Shown: positions 40,257-54,100, counted from the stretch's first letter. The stretch: 64,000 nt of DNA from Octopus vulgaris (GCA_951406725.2 OX597824.1:85188001-85252000); one strand, 5' to 3'. The notes: generated from the sequence alone by a model not told the origin. Numbers and translations are program-made.

Positions 40257-40857
40257 TCTTCTCCATTCTACTAAACTGTAAATAGGTATCATTTTGAGTG
40301 ATACTAGTTCAGTACTCTATACAAACAGCTGTTCCATACTGGGAGATGAAAGAGTGTTTGTGGATTCTCGCCTCTACATGGGCGTCTAAAACTTTTAGAA
40401 GAAGCATAGCATCAAAACAGTCCCACATGTGAAATCTGCCTGTGACATCACAAATGAAAGATTCAAACTTTGTAAGATGAAAGTCAACAAATTTAGAGAT
40501 TTTAATCTGTGATGTCACAATGCTTATATTTCGAAATAAATGGTAGGTTTTAAGGAACCATTCTAAACAATTTTAATGTTACAGTTTAATGTTATAGTTT
40601 TCCTCTTCTTTTATCCAGTAAGTTGTCGAGATGGATTTTAATTTTATGCATCTTTGAAAAGCAATGGATGCTTCATACATTATGCATGAAACCTAGATGG
40701 CTATTTTAAACTAACATTACTTCTATTGCATATAACGGATTTAAAATTAAATATACATGTCTGTGTGTCTCTCTCTCTCTAACTCTCTCTCTCTCTCCCG
40801 CTCTCTGCCTATCTGTATATCTCTATCTGTCTGTCTGTCTCTCTGTCTCTCTCTCTC

Positions 40858-40919
<62 letters not shown>

Positions 40920-41126
40920 TGTACTTGTTTCAGTCATTTGACTGCGGCCATGCTGGAGCACCGCCTTTAGAGTGGTGAAAGAGTACAGCAGGGATCACCA
41001 CCATCCCCTGCCGGAGCCTCGTGGAGCTTTTTAGGTGTTTTCGCTCAATAAACACACACAACGCCCGGTCTGGGAATCGAAACCGCGATCCTCCGACCGC
41101 AAGTCCGCTGCCCTAACCACTGGGCC

Positions 41127-41128
<2 letters not shown>
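40920..41128 (-). mobile_element. SINE B tail fused to SINE A 5' part
   Basis: Abrupt switch of similarity at about 40969. Confidence 0.8.
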
Positions 41129-41183
<55 letters not shown>

Positions 41184-41249
41184 CATATATATATATATAT
41201 ATATATTTTTTTTTTTTATAAATATAAATATATATATATGATATATATA

Positions 41250-41349
<100 letters not shown>

Positions 41350-41819
41350 TATACTTCACGATGTCGTGCAGCTACTGGTTATGCTTCGATCAGAGATGTA
41401 TTATTGCTTATATAGATATTTATCTCGGATCATTACTTTTTATTGAAATAAACGTAAAAACAAAATCAAAGATTTAAAATTGACTTATCTTGAAAATTTA
41501 GGTAACATAACTTTAAAACATTTTTTTATGAATTTGAGATTTGTATAAAGCATTAAAAATATATTGTTTTTTCTTTGTTTTTGTCAACATTTTTTTAGCT
41601 TACCTTTTATGGCCCACATTAAATATGACATTTAGCCAATATAACTTAAGCCTAGGTTAAGTTCGATCGGTGTATTATGACACTAATAGAACACTTAATG
41701 GTTTGTTTCCCAAAAGGGCGTGAAAATTGTTCCATAAACTATTGCGCGCGTACACACGCACACAATCATCGGTAGGCTGGCAACGTATGTAAAAATGTAC
41801 TTATGTATGTGTGTGTGCG

Positions 41820-41876
<57 letters not shown>

Positions 41877-42054
41877 TCCTGTACTCACGTATAATTATTT
41901 ATATATGCATGTATATATACATGTAGATGTAGGTACGTACATATATGTTTGTATGTATGCATATATTTTTTATTTATCACCTTATTGTCTGACAGCGCCC
42001 CGCATCAGGTTCGTTCCGATTCGTCGTTTCGGTCCACTTCTTGGTTCCTTTTTT

Positions 42055-42102
<48 letters not shown>

Positions 42103-42789
42103 CACGTGGAGGCATATAGCCTAGTGGTTAGATCGGGCGATGTGTGTGTTTATAAGCGAAACACCTAAAATCCACGCGGATCCAGCAGAAGGTAATGCCG
42201 AATTTCTGCTGAATCTTTCGCCACAACTTTCTCTCACCTGTGACGGACCGGCGTCCCGTCCAGGTGAGAAGCCTATACGCCAATGTTTATGTCCCCGTTA
42301 CTTAGCGGTTCGGCAAAAGAGACCGATAGAATAAGTACTGGGCTTACAAAAGAATAAGTCCCGGGGTCGATTTGCTCGATTAAAAGGCGGTGCTCCAGCA
42401 TGGCTGCGGTCAAATGACTGAAACAAGTAAAAGAGTATATAATTATATATATATATATATATGAAATATTACACTAAATGCCAGACTCTATTATTTGTTC
42501 CTACGTACGTTTCAGTGGCTGTCATACATCTATGCATGGTATGACTTGTGTACACAAGATATACTATAGTATGCTATAATACGTACATACATACATATGC
42601 CTTCCAGATATTATCTTCCCATGAGGCCACGATACAGTGACCAGAACAGTCTGGAAGAGGATAGCAAAAAATAAGACACCTACAGACGAAGTTGACCATA
42701 TTGAGATTGATGGGTCAAAAGAATGTTCGTTGAAATTACAAATTAAAACAGTCAAATTAAAACACAACCAGCTAGATAGTATTACTGTT

Positions 42790-43203
42790 TTACTGTTTTA
42801 CTAGTTTCAGTCATTTGACTGTGGCCATGCTGGAACACTGCCTTTAGTCGAGCAAATTGACCCCAGGACTTATTCTTTGTAAGCCTAGTACTTATTCTAT
42901 CGGTCTTTTTTGCCGAACCGCTAAGTTACGGGGACGTAAACACACCAGCATCGGTTGTCAAGTGATGTTGGGGGGACAAACACACACACACACACACACT
43001 TATATATATACATATATATATATATATACACATATATACGACGGGCTTCTTTCAGTTTCCGTCTACCAAATCCACTCATAAGGCTTTGGTCGGCCCGAGG
43101 CTATAGTAGAAGACACTTGCCTAAGGTGCCACGCAGTGGGACTGAACCCGGAACCATGTGGTTGGTAAACAAGCTACTTACCATACAGCCACTCCTACGC
43201 CTA
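42790..43203 (-). mobile_element. SINE family B, full length
   Basis: Reverse complement of 38748-39150. Confidence 0.92.
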
Positions 43204-43204
43204 T

Positions 43205-43625
43205 TTATTGCGTAAGACTACAAGAAAAAATATGAGTTCTAAGGTGGAAATCAGCTGCCCTCTTGGAAATCAGCTGCCCTAACCACATCAATGTGGTTAT
43301 AAAAATACAAGAAAAAGAGAACTCCTATGGATCATTGATTAGGAGTCTGCAAATTCAGTACCGGAGATAGGCTTTCAGTTTCATGCTTACTATCATTGGA
43401 GTAATAGAGTACATGACGACCCGTCTGGAGCAAAGTATGGCTGAACTAGGAACCTTGGGGAGAGAATGCAAATCCTTAATTCGCGCGCAACAAATGATCT
43501 CGATATCTAGGACTATTAAAATCTGCAAGGTCGTCTTAAAATTGAAAAGATGCTGGTTAAAACAAGATGCTTTCCTTCATAACCTGGCCGGTCAAAATTT
43601 ACTCTAAATTGAAAAGAGTAAAAGA
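43205..43625 (+). mobile_element. RLE-type (R4/Dong/NeSL-like) LINE 3' end, decayed
   Basis: VEISCP...INVVIKIQEKENSYGSLIRSLQ...TIIGVIEY...ISISRTIKICKVVLK. Confidence 0.65.
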
Positions 43626-43718
43626 AAACATTTATATGCATGTATGTATGTATGTATGTATGTATGTATGTATGTATGTATGTATGTATGTATGTATGTA
43701 TGTATGCTTGCTTATCTC

Positions 43719-43767
<49 letters not shown>

Positions 43768-43909
43768 TTTGATCGTCCCCACCTTTTTTTTCACAATCCC
43801 TTTTGATCGGAATTCGACCCTGCTTTTTTTCCCTTTTCTTCCCAAAAAGAAAAGCTGTACTTTGTATTTTGTCCCTTCTGTGTTCAGCCCTGCGAGGCCA
43901 ATAAAGAAA

Positions 43910-43910
<1 letters not shown>
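43768..43910 (+). mobile_element. Solo retroposon 3' tail embedded in (ATCT)n
   Basis: Ends TTTGTCCCTTCTGTGTTCAGCCCTGCGAGGCCAATAAAGAAAT; a second copy lies at about 50790-50860. Confidence 0.65.
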
Positions 43911-44475
<565 letters not shown>

Positions 44476-44657
44476 AATCGTACAAACAGAATAAATAAAA
44501 CCGGGAACATGAGTGTGTCTATGCATTTTATTTTTAAACGGCAGAAGTTACGAAGTGATTCAAGGGTTTCAGGCATTGGCACTTATCAAAGGATTGGTAA
44601 GTGGCATACAAGAGATTCTCGGCCTCTGACTCACTTCATAACTTTTGCTTCTTAAAA

Positions 44658-44693
<36 letters not shown>

Positions 44694-44924
44694 TGCACAT
44701 GTATATATATATATATATATATATCAATATGCACGTGTGTACATACACACACATAATATACATACATAGATACGCACACACACACATATTTCTATTGAGA
44801 GGAATGAGGAAAGAGACATGGAGAAAAGAAAAGTCGGAGAGAAAAAATAACCATCTCTGGATTAACGGTCTTACATGTTGTATGTATGTATGTGTGTATG
44901 TAGGTTTTTATGTATTTATCTGTG

Positions 44925-44975
<51 letters not shown>

Positions 44976-45006
44976 GTACACACACACACATACACACACA
45001 TAATCC

Positions 45007-45063
45007 GGTTACCCTGGCTTTCTCGCTCATAAGGAGTTTAGCCTTACGGCGTATCTTCAGACC
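45007..45063 (-). ncRNA. Type I hammerhead ribozyme motif, canonical core
   Basis: GGT-CTGAAGA-stem II (CGTAAGG/CCTTATG)-GAAA-GCCAGGG-TA-ACC; stem I is GGT/ACC and the cleavage triplet is GUA. Confidence 0.7.
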
Positions 45064-45096
45064 TCATGAAAGAGGTCTCAGGCCAGCAATGTTTGG

Positions 45097-45153
45097 GACC
45101 TGAAGATTCGCCGTAAGGCTAAATCCCTTATGAGCGAGAAACCCAGGGTAACC
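45097..45153 (+). ncRNA. Inverted partner hammerhead motif
   Basis: CTGAAGA-T-TCGC-CGTAAGG-loop-CCTTATG-A-GCGA-GAAA-CCCAGGG-TA-ACC; the 5' strand of stem I is altered. Confidence 0.62.
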
Positions 45154-45480
45154 CCCCGTAAAACATGTACATATATATATACATACACATGTATATATAT
45201 GTACATGTACATATATATATATATACACACATATACATACAACATATTTATATATATATACACACATATATGTATGATATACATATACGTTTATTATATA
45301 TATACAGACATGCCCACTCATAAAGTATTATCTTATTGTAAACAAAACACCAGTAACGAAAGAAACGTAACCGCATAGAGACGTTACTGGCGAATTCTAA
45401 ATGAAATTCTTATATTATTGTTTATATTAACATCACAGCTACTAATACGTACATATTTATCCATCCATGCATATACATAC

Positions 45481-45518
<38 letters not shown>

Positions 45519-45610
45519 CTATATCTATACATATATATATATATATTTATGTATATATATATATATACATATATATATGTATATATGTGTGTATATATAC
45601 ATATATATAT

Positions 45611-45677
<67 letters not shown>

Positions 45678-46347
45678 CACACACACACACACACATAACA
45701 CACATATATATATATGTATATATGTGTGTATATATATATACACACCCGAGTATGTATTATGAATGAAGAGAGAACATTACTAGGTTCTAAGAAATGTTTA
45801 GAACGTGAGATATCAGATTCAACTTCCCGTTTAAGTAAACGAACACAAAGACGTCCCTTCTTTATTAAAACATATATTTTTTTCTGTTTCATACTCCTGC
45901 AGGTTTTCCCTACAGCAAAATGTAGTGGAATTTTAAGTCATGTGTAGTTATAAAATTGAAAGGAATTTATGAATAAAATCTTTGATAATTCAACGAATGT
46001 GTTTTCCTCTTCTATTCAAATGAAACAGTTTGTGTAAGGCCCCTAATTATAAGCCTAGAATGGGAACTGTCCTAACTTAAGCTGACTTTGATGAGATATT
46101 TTTTTTAGTTAAAGATTCATTTACAGATCTAATCTGACAAAAAAAAAATCATTATGAAATATTGTTTGGTGTATAATTGAGGAGCTTATTTGAAGGTGAA
46201 ATAGAATTCGCTGATTTGTGAACAAATAAGCGACATAGATATTATTGTTGGATTATTATACAGCTCAAATTCTTGAATGGTTAGTTATACAATGACTATG
46301 ACGAGTGAAAACAAAATAAGTATATAAAAATAATTATTAAAATATAC

Positions 46348-46353
46348 ACTTAC
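46348..46353 (-). promoter_or_regulatory. 5' splice donor GTAAGT ending the sGC exon
   Basis: Perfect consensus donor exactly where sGC similarity ends; the sequence beyond is AT-rich and intron-like. Confidence 0.9.
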
Positions 46354-47133
46354 ATTTTTCCAATTAAACTGGAAAACCGGTTTCCGAAGAATAAAAACAT
46401 CCAGGAGGTTTTTGCTCGTTATATTTGGTATAATTGCTCGAAGTCCCGAGCCAGCACTTACAATATCCATATTCTTTTTGAATTGAATATGGAATGGAAA
46501 AAGATTGCGAAAAAAATAAGCTGGAACTTTGAATTGGTCTTTGTCATCGATCTTATTGTTAACTTGAGTATCAAAACCTTCGTTTTGAAACCTCAGATCA
46601 AATATGACATGTGACGAGTCAGCAGATTCTTCGTGTTTTATGATCTTAACGTCAATGTCAGTGTCGTAGAAGGTTTTACCGACGGCTTTAATTTGTCCGA
46701 TTACATAATGCACAAAACCTTTCCGCGAGCTGCGGTAGTGAAGGTGCAGACCCATTTTATGTTCATTTTCGCAGAAGAAAGAGGGCGGTACTATATTTTG
46801 GTAGGAGAAGCGCAGATATTCGTGAAGATTATCAAGCCCGTTGAGAAAATCTCGGAGGTTTCGCCCGAGCACTTTTAAGATGCGGTCATAGTTATATTTA
46901 CTCACGTAGGCAACGAAAGAATCCCCAAACGAGTTCATAATGGTACTCCGATCGACACCGATTAGTCTACTGGCAGCATCACAAATTCGAACGATAGTAT
47001 CTTCCTTATATCTCTCATGTAAGCTGAAGCTGTGTTCTTCAATGCCTGCCCGTTGACGAATCGCTTCCCATGTCTCTTCTCCATACGTCTCCTGAAGATA
47101 GATGACGATGGCTTGAATAATTATGCCATACAT
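46354..47133 (-). CDS. First coding exon of an atypical soluble guanylate cyclase (Gyc88E / beta-3 type): complete H-NOX haem domain plus start of the PAS/HNOBA region
   Basis: The protein starts MYGIIIQAI and contains YDRILKVLGRNLRDFLNGLDNLHEYL (proximal His104), PPSFFCE, LHYRSSR (YxSxR haem motif), YVIGQI and FPFHIQF. The reading frame FNWKN is followed by a GTAAGT donor (46353-46348), giving 780 nt, phase 0. Confidence 0.95.
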
Positions 47134-47829
47134 TTTGTCTTTACGGCTAGTTATAACAATGTGATATTGTTTTTGTGAGTTGGTATCAATTTCCGGTTGT
47201 TGTTAATGTTGATGACGTTGTTCATAATGTAGTAATTGTCATCGTCAATGTTCATGATGGCGAGGAAGGTACCATGAAAGAAAAAAGAAAACGATATGTT
47301 AGTGGCCATTACAAAGCTTTAAAACACATTTTCATATACAATGCACATAGTTTCTAGTAGTTAACCAGAGAAGTCACGGAAACACCTACAACTTTTATGG
47401 GCCTTCACAGAGCGATGAATCAGTTGAGTTGATGTTCAGTTTGAATTTATTTGAAGGTCTGAGGAAGAACTATTGGGTAAAATTCTTTTTGAGTGGGTCT
47501 GGGATAGGTGCGAATCATAGTGAGAATATGAGATGGGTAGGAGTGGAAAATGAGTGCACCGGGTGAACTTGAGCATAAGATTTCCTGAAGTCAAGCGCCG
47601 TCGCACTGCTTTCGTCAAAGTTCTTTAGAGAGAGAGAGAGGTGGGGGTAGAGGTTGAGAGACACAGAATGAGGAAGAGAGAAAGAGAGAGGAAAAGAGAA
47701 AAAGAGAGGTGAGAGAGAAAGAAAGAGAGAGAGAGAAAGAAAAAGAACGAACTGCAGATCCAAAGACACTTTACAAGGATGCGATGGTAATAATGATGAT
47801 GAAAACACTGTTTTTTTTATAAACCACAA

Positions 47830-49700
47830 AGTTGACTAAAGGATATATGGCGGTACAGAGCGATATAGTGTGGGATTACACAAAAAGTGTGTAAAAAAAG
47901 AGGGGAAAAATTAGAAGAAAAACTCCTCAAAGGCGACAGACCCACAAAACCATGTTCCTCCTGTCTTCTTCCAGTTGCCCTTCGATCCACAGGCGTATGT
48001 TCCCAAAACACCCGTTGACTCTAAATCATACTCGCCACTCATCCACCTCGCAAAAAATTTGCCGGAAGGCAGCACTTCACTCTCCACCTTCATTTTCCTT
48101 TTCAAGTGAAACTTAAAGAAGTTGATGAGGGCTTGGCCAAAAAATAAAGTGTCTGTCTTCAGCTCATTCAATCTCATCTACCACGCAACCTCCTTTCACC
48201 AAAGCCACCAGACAGATAAAGACAACCTGCTTACTGGCTAAAAGAAGGCGGCGGAACAATCTACATAGTGGACCCTGCTGTTAATTGGATCCGCCACACG
48301 CATAACACTAAGTGCGCGACATAACTTCACTCGGCACTGAATGCGTGTGTGCAGAACGGTTTCGTTGCTCTGCACGCTTTTCGGACGGGCCCTACCGATA
48401 GCATTTTCATGTCTGTACAGTTTATCTCAAATCAGTAAATGCCTTCGATAGCACTACCAAACTAGGGATATCTAGAAATTATCCATGGGCCTAGACCTGA
48501 AATCTTCCGGAATAGACCAGCTTGTTGATTTTCATGAACACCCAGAGTCTCCATGAGAACTTCGTCACTTATTCCTGCTATTCATCCTCTATAGAATGTC
48601 GATGTATAACTTGTAGCGATTCCACTACACAGGAAGCTGTGAGCGTTTGACGACATTCCAGATGCCAAGTGCCCTTTCCTGCTCTTTTCTTGGCCTAAGA
48701 GATGAGACATGGAAAAAACTTGTCTGATAAACAGTGATCATACCTATTCGCCATCAAAGAATTGCTGGAGATGTCGCAACCTCAGCGCATGTCCACGCAT
48801 CACCATCCACGGCGTGTCCAGTCTTTACTCAACAAATATTTACAATAGATGGAGTTCATGACTAGTGGATTACATCCCTTCCACATGAAGCAGACGGGCA
48901 GTTGCTCCAGTCTGGTCAGATGTGAAGCGAGGCAAGGCATGATGGCGAAGCAGTAATAGATGACGGAGAAGAAGCTGGCCTTTACCATCCCCACCTGAAC
49001 TTTCAGGGATAGCTTTGTCTTGGTTCATTTCTAGGTGAGTCTGACCGCGCTACCCGGCACCTCTTCTGTTCAGTTCTCCACTTATCGAACCGGACCAAGT
49101 CAGACCCCGAGCAATTTAACCGGTTGGTCCGTCCAGCGCCCTACGACGTTGTTAGGTGCCGAGACGCAGCTCCTCTGACTTGCCTTTGATTTTGGTTCCT
49201 ATAATCGTTTAGTAGCTCCATAGAGCGGTGCCAATCACCTCGATGTAATCCAACTGTGGAAGATTGGATCGAAATTGGCTACCGTGAAGACAGCCGTCAA
49301 ATACTGGTCCCCACTCTTATCGAAAGCTTTCAACTGATCTAAATTGATCAGAGGCCCCTCTCATGCCAAGTTCCTTACGTATCCCATCTATGATGTACCG
49401 TATGAGATTAGATGTTGTAGTGGATAGATCTGTTTAAGATGGCGTATATTTACGCATCACCACTCAGACTACCGGTGACAAGTACATACTGCTTTGGCGT
49501 TGGTCAAAATCTTGTTAAACAGTAAGATTTATGAGCTGAAAACAATCAAAGTGATTCCCTTTGTTCGCTGATCGGTCGCACCTCGAATCACAGAATAAGT
49601 ACTCTCTCGGTCTGCTACCAGTGGCGGTAGGTACCTGCCAAGATGTCAAAGATGTCTGACATGTAAAAGTAAAACCCTTAAGGCAGAACATCTAAACTAA
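47830..49700 (-). mobile_element. Tx1/L1-clade LINE, decayed 3' part of ORF2 (RT to C-terminal zinc knuckle) and 3' UTR
   Basis: LINLDQLKAFD (RT), HALRLRHL, QSNETVLHTRIQC (CCHC remnant), GQALINFFKFHLKRKMKVE...FFARW; many stops and frameshifts. Confidence 0.8.
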
Positions 49701-50599
49701 GCAATTCCTCTATACTTACAACTAGCTATCGCTTATCGTATTTGCGAAAAGCTGATTACAATTGCTAAATGTGTTGACTCGCTGCACAGGAAGTAGGGAG
49801 GAACTAAATCACCAATAATGATAATGGTTTCTGATTTAGTCACAATTTTGAGTAGAGAGGGTTAGTCAATACTACTGACCACCAGTAATTGACCGGTACT
49901 TTATCTGGTCAATGCTCCGTTCCTTGAAACGCTCGTCTGCTTTGTTAGACGTTTATTCAAAGCTGAAATATAGTAATAGAAGGAAATACGATCTGTTGAC
50001 AGAACTCAAAATTGAAACAATAAAGAATGTAATTAATTCCTTATAATTTCTAGTTTGACATCATTTAAATTGTCTGAAAGTGTAGCAATATCTTTAAATT
50101 CTGCTTTAGGACTTGAATATAGAAAGAAATCCATTAGCACATTCTCTCTCGCCGTCAGTCTGCAAGTTATAAATATTTCAGCTTGGCTACAGATATTTGA
50201 GGATTATGGAATTTTTCTTTTGTTGAAATGAAATGCTATCAACTTAAAACACCCCAAGAGCGATTAAGTATCAGAAGAGACACACAAATCTAACCAAATG
50301 TTTATTTTAGCATCACCAGCGTCTCATCTCTGCTTTTTATCTTGTCAGTATTTCAATCGTAATCGTTCTCACGTCGTAAAAGAGAAATGGAAAACTAATG
50401 TCACTCACAGCAGTTGAAAATAGAGTCGAATGTGTTTCATTTCTTAGTTATCCAATACATATCAATGTTCTTCAGTCCATAACTATTACATGACTTAAAC
50501 GGGTATCACTTCGCTTTCCTAAACATTTTGAAACATATATATATATAAAGCTGTATAAATAAAACAAAACATTGATTTAAAAAACTTACACCACCCCTT

Positions 50600-51230
<631 letters not shown>

Positions 51231-51420
51231 GTATACATCTATATGTATACATCTACGTGTATTAATGTGTATGTGTGTGCGTGCGAACAAAACTGTATTA
51301 AAAACAACAAAAATATTAAGCAGAAAGGCTAATACATTTTCATAAAAATATATTAAATAGAATTTCCAGTAATATTGCTCTCAGCCTAAATGAAGGCCTC
51401 AATTCAGCTATGGAAGTGAC

Positions 51421-51535
<115 letters not shown>

Positions 51536-51569
51536 ATATATATGTATATGTATATGAATTTTGAATTTA

Positions 51570-51620
51570 GTTCACGGACCTCCAGTAGTACCTGTGCGGA
51601 CCACAGGTTCGGAACCACTG
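51570..51620 (-). mobile_element. hAT-Charlie-like transposon terminus
   Basis: Minus strand begins CAGTGGTTCCGAACCTGTGGTCCGC. Confidence 0.5.
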
Positions 51621-52069
51621 GCCGAAAGATTCAAATTGAAGGAGTTAGGACTCTTATGATCAAGAAAATTCTCAGGGTTCTTGAGCATGTCTGCATAAAC
51701 CGTCCAACATAGAACAGCTCTCTCATTATCATTAAATAAACGTGATACTAGTATCCCGTTTATTCTTTAGTTACAGCTGTTTCAGCCGCACATGGGTAAT
51801 AAATTTTTTACCAAGTTGGCAATAATTATGTAACATTGATTATATGATATCGATTAAATAATGAAAACTCACAGTGAGTTCACAGAGTTCAATTATAGAG
51901 GTCACGATGAAATTACTATGGGTTTTTCTTATATAATCAATATTATATAATCCAAGTTATTGTTGATGTTCATGTTTTCCAATGTCTTAAAGAATTTATT
52001 ACCCATCTGTTGTTGAAACAGCTGGAACCTTGGAATGAATGTGAAATCAGTACCTCCATCCTTCGTTTG

Positions 52070-52132
<63 letters not shown>

Positions 52133-52139
52133 CATATAC

Positions 52140-52192
<53 letters not shown>

Positions 52193-52304
52193 TGTATGTA
52201 TATGTATATCGTGTCTTGAATGGCAGAACAATGACTCGATTAGTTCCTAACGATATCTGAAGAAATATCATATCATATAAGTCTATGAATATTTAAATTA
52301 TAAC

Positions 52305-52805
52305 GGAAATAGGTATTTCGTTTGTCTTTACGTTGTGAGTTCAAATTCCGTCGAGGTCGACTTTACCTTTCATCCTGTCGGGGTCGATAAATTAAATACC
52401 AGTTACGTACTGTGGTTGATGTAATCGACTGGCTCCCTCCCCCAAAATTTCGGGCCTTATGCCTAGAGTAGAAAAGAATAGTACTAACCATCGTTCTGTA
52501 TTATTAATTTTTTTTTATAACTTGCATTGTCTTGCTTTAAAACTATGTTTAAAACAAATCAATGCCAATAACCAGTAGTTAGAACTCAATAAGCTTATAA
52601 TGACATTAAATAATATCGATTTCAAATTTTGGCACAAGGCCAGAAATTTCAGGGGAGTAGGCGACTCGACTGTTACTTATTTTACTGACCTCAAAAGAAT
52701 GAAAGGCAAAAGCGACCTCGGTGGATTTTGAATTCAGAACGTAAAGGCGGACGAAAGTCTACCAAGCATTTCGCTTGCCGTGCTAATGAATCTGCCGGCT
52801 CGTCA
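52305..52805. mobile_element. Two SINE family C fragments in opposite orientation
   Basis: Plus copy 52305-52480 and minus copy 52620-52805. Confidence 0.8.
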
Positions 52806-52837
52806 CCCTGCTTAAGTGGTATACTGATACTATTATC

Positions 52838-53162
52838 AGTGTACCAGTGGTTAGAGCGTCGAGCTTACGATCGTGAGGTTGTGAGCTCGAATCCCGGACC
52901 GGGCTGCGTGTTGTGTTCTTGAGCAAGACACTTTATTTCACGTTGCTCCAGTTCACTCAGCTGTAGAAATGAGTTGCGACGTCACTGGTGCCAAGCTGTA
53001 TTGGTGTTTGCCTTTCCCCTGGGTAACACTGGTGGCATGGAGAGGGAAGGCCTGTATGCATGGGCGACTGCTGGACTTCCATAAACAACCTTGCCCGGAC
53101 TTGTGCCTGGGAGGGTAACTTTCTAGGTGCAATCCCATGGTCAGTCATGACCGAGGGTGGTC
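52838..53162 (+). mobile_element. tRNA-derived SINE family D
   Basis: CAGTGGTTAGAGCGTCGAGCTTACGATCGTGAGGTTGTGAGCTCGAATCCCG head and TTGAGCAAGACACTT core; another copy at 57355. Confidence 0.88.
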
Positions 53163-53175
53163 ATTATTATTATTC

Positions 53176-53209
<34 letters not shown>

Positions 53210-53477
53210 GTGTGTGTGTGTGTGTGTGTAAGTGTTTTATATGTGCAGGTGTTGATGCCATATTTTAAAGTTTTTATTTTATCTATTCACAATATATCCC
53301 TGCTTTGCAACATTCGTGCGTTTCCAGATGCAACCACGAAGAAAACAGAAGAATGTGAAGTAGTTTCAATAGGAAATTGAAACCACTTCTCAGTCTTTCC
53401 ATGTTCAACACCTATTTCCTGCTCCCGAGCTTCGTCCCATATTTATATCATATGTGCATATTGTCTCACGAACTAAG

Positions 53478-53515
<38 letters not shown>

Positions 53516-53535
53516 ACACACACAGACACACACAT

Positions 53536-53566
<31 letters not shown>

Positions 53567-53637
53567 CACACACACATACACACACACACATACACACACA
53601 GACACACACATATACACACATACATATACACACACAC

Positions 53638-53688
<51 letters not shown>

Positions 53689-53871
53689 TATACACACACA
53701 TACACACACACACACACACACATACACACACACATACACACAAACGAGGGAGTGAACCAACGGAAGAAAGTAATATCACCACATTTAGTTGGAGTTAACA
53801 TGAATTTAAATAAAAATACAAATTTCTCAAAGTTTTGTAGAAAGAACACGTGTATAATCTCATCAGATGCT

Positions 53872-53921
<50 letters not shown>

Positions 53922-54039
53922 GAGAGAGGGAGGCTGTCTCCGGACAGAATGTCTGATGAGGCGGACGTGTCCTACATTCACAAAACTTTAAATAATGAGA
54001 ACCTGAGTCGAACTGTTATTATTTTGTATTTATGCAAGG

Positions 54040-54100
<61 letters not shown>

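Noticed and set aside
40309-40518. Non-repetitive 69-aa minus-strand ORF as a possible second sGC exon
   Set aside because: No resemblance to the expected PAS, coiled-coil or cyclase sequence.
46285-46353. Last 22 codons of the 282-aa ORF as part of the normal protein
   Set aside because: They lie beyond a perfect GTAAGT donor and have no sGC similarity; treated as intron read-through.
51360-51420. Further hammerhead-like traces (also 41990-42050 and 56600-56615)
   Set aside because: Core too degenerate, or GAAA/stem I missing; could arise by chance.
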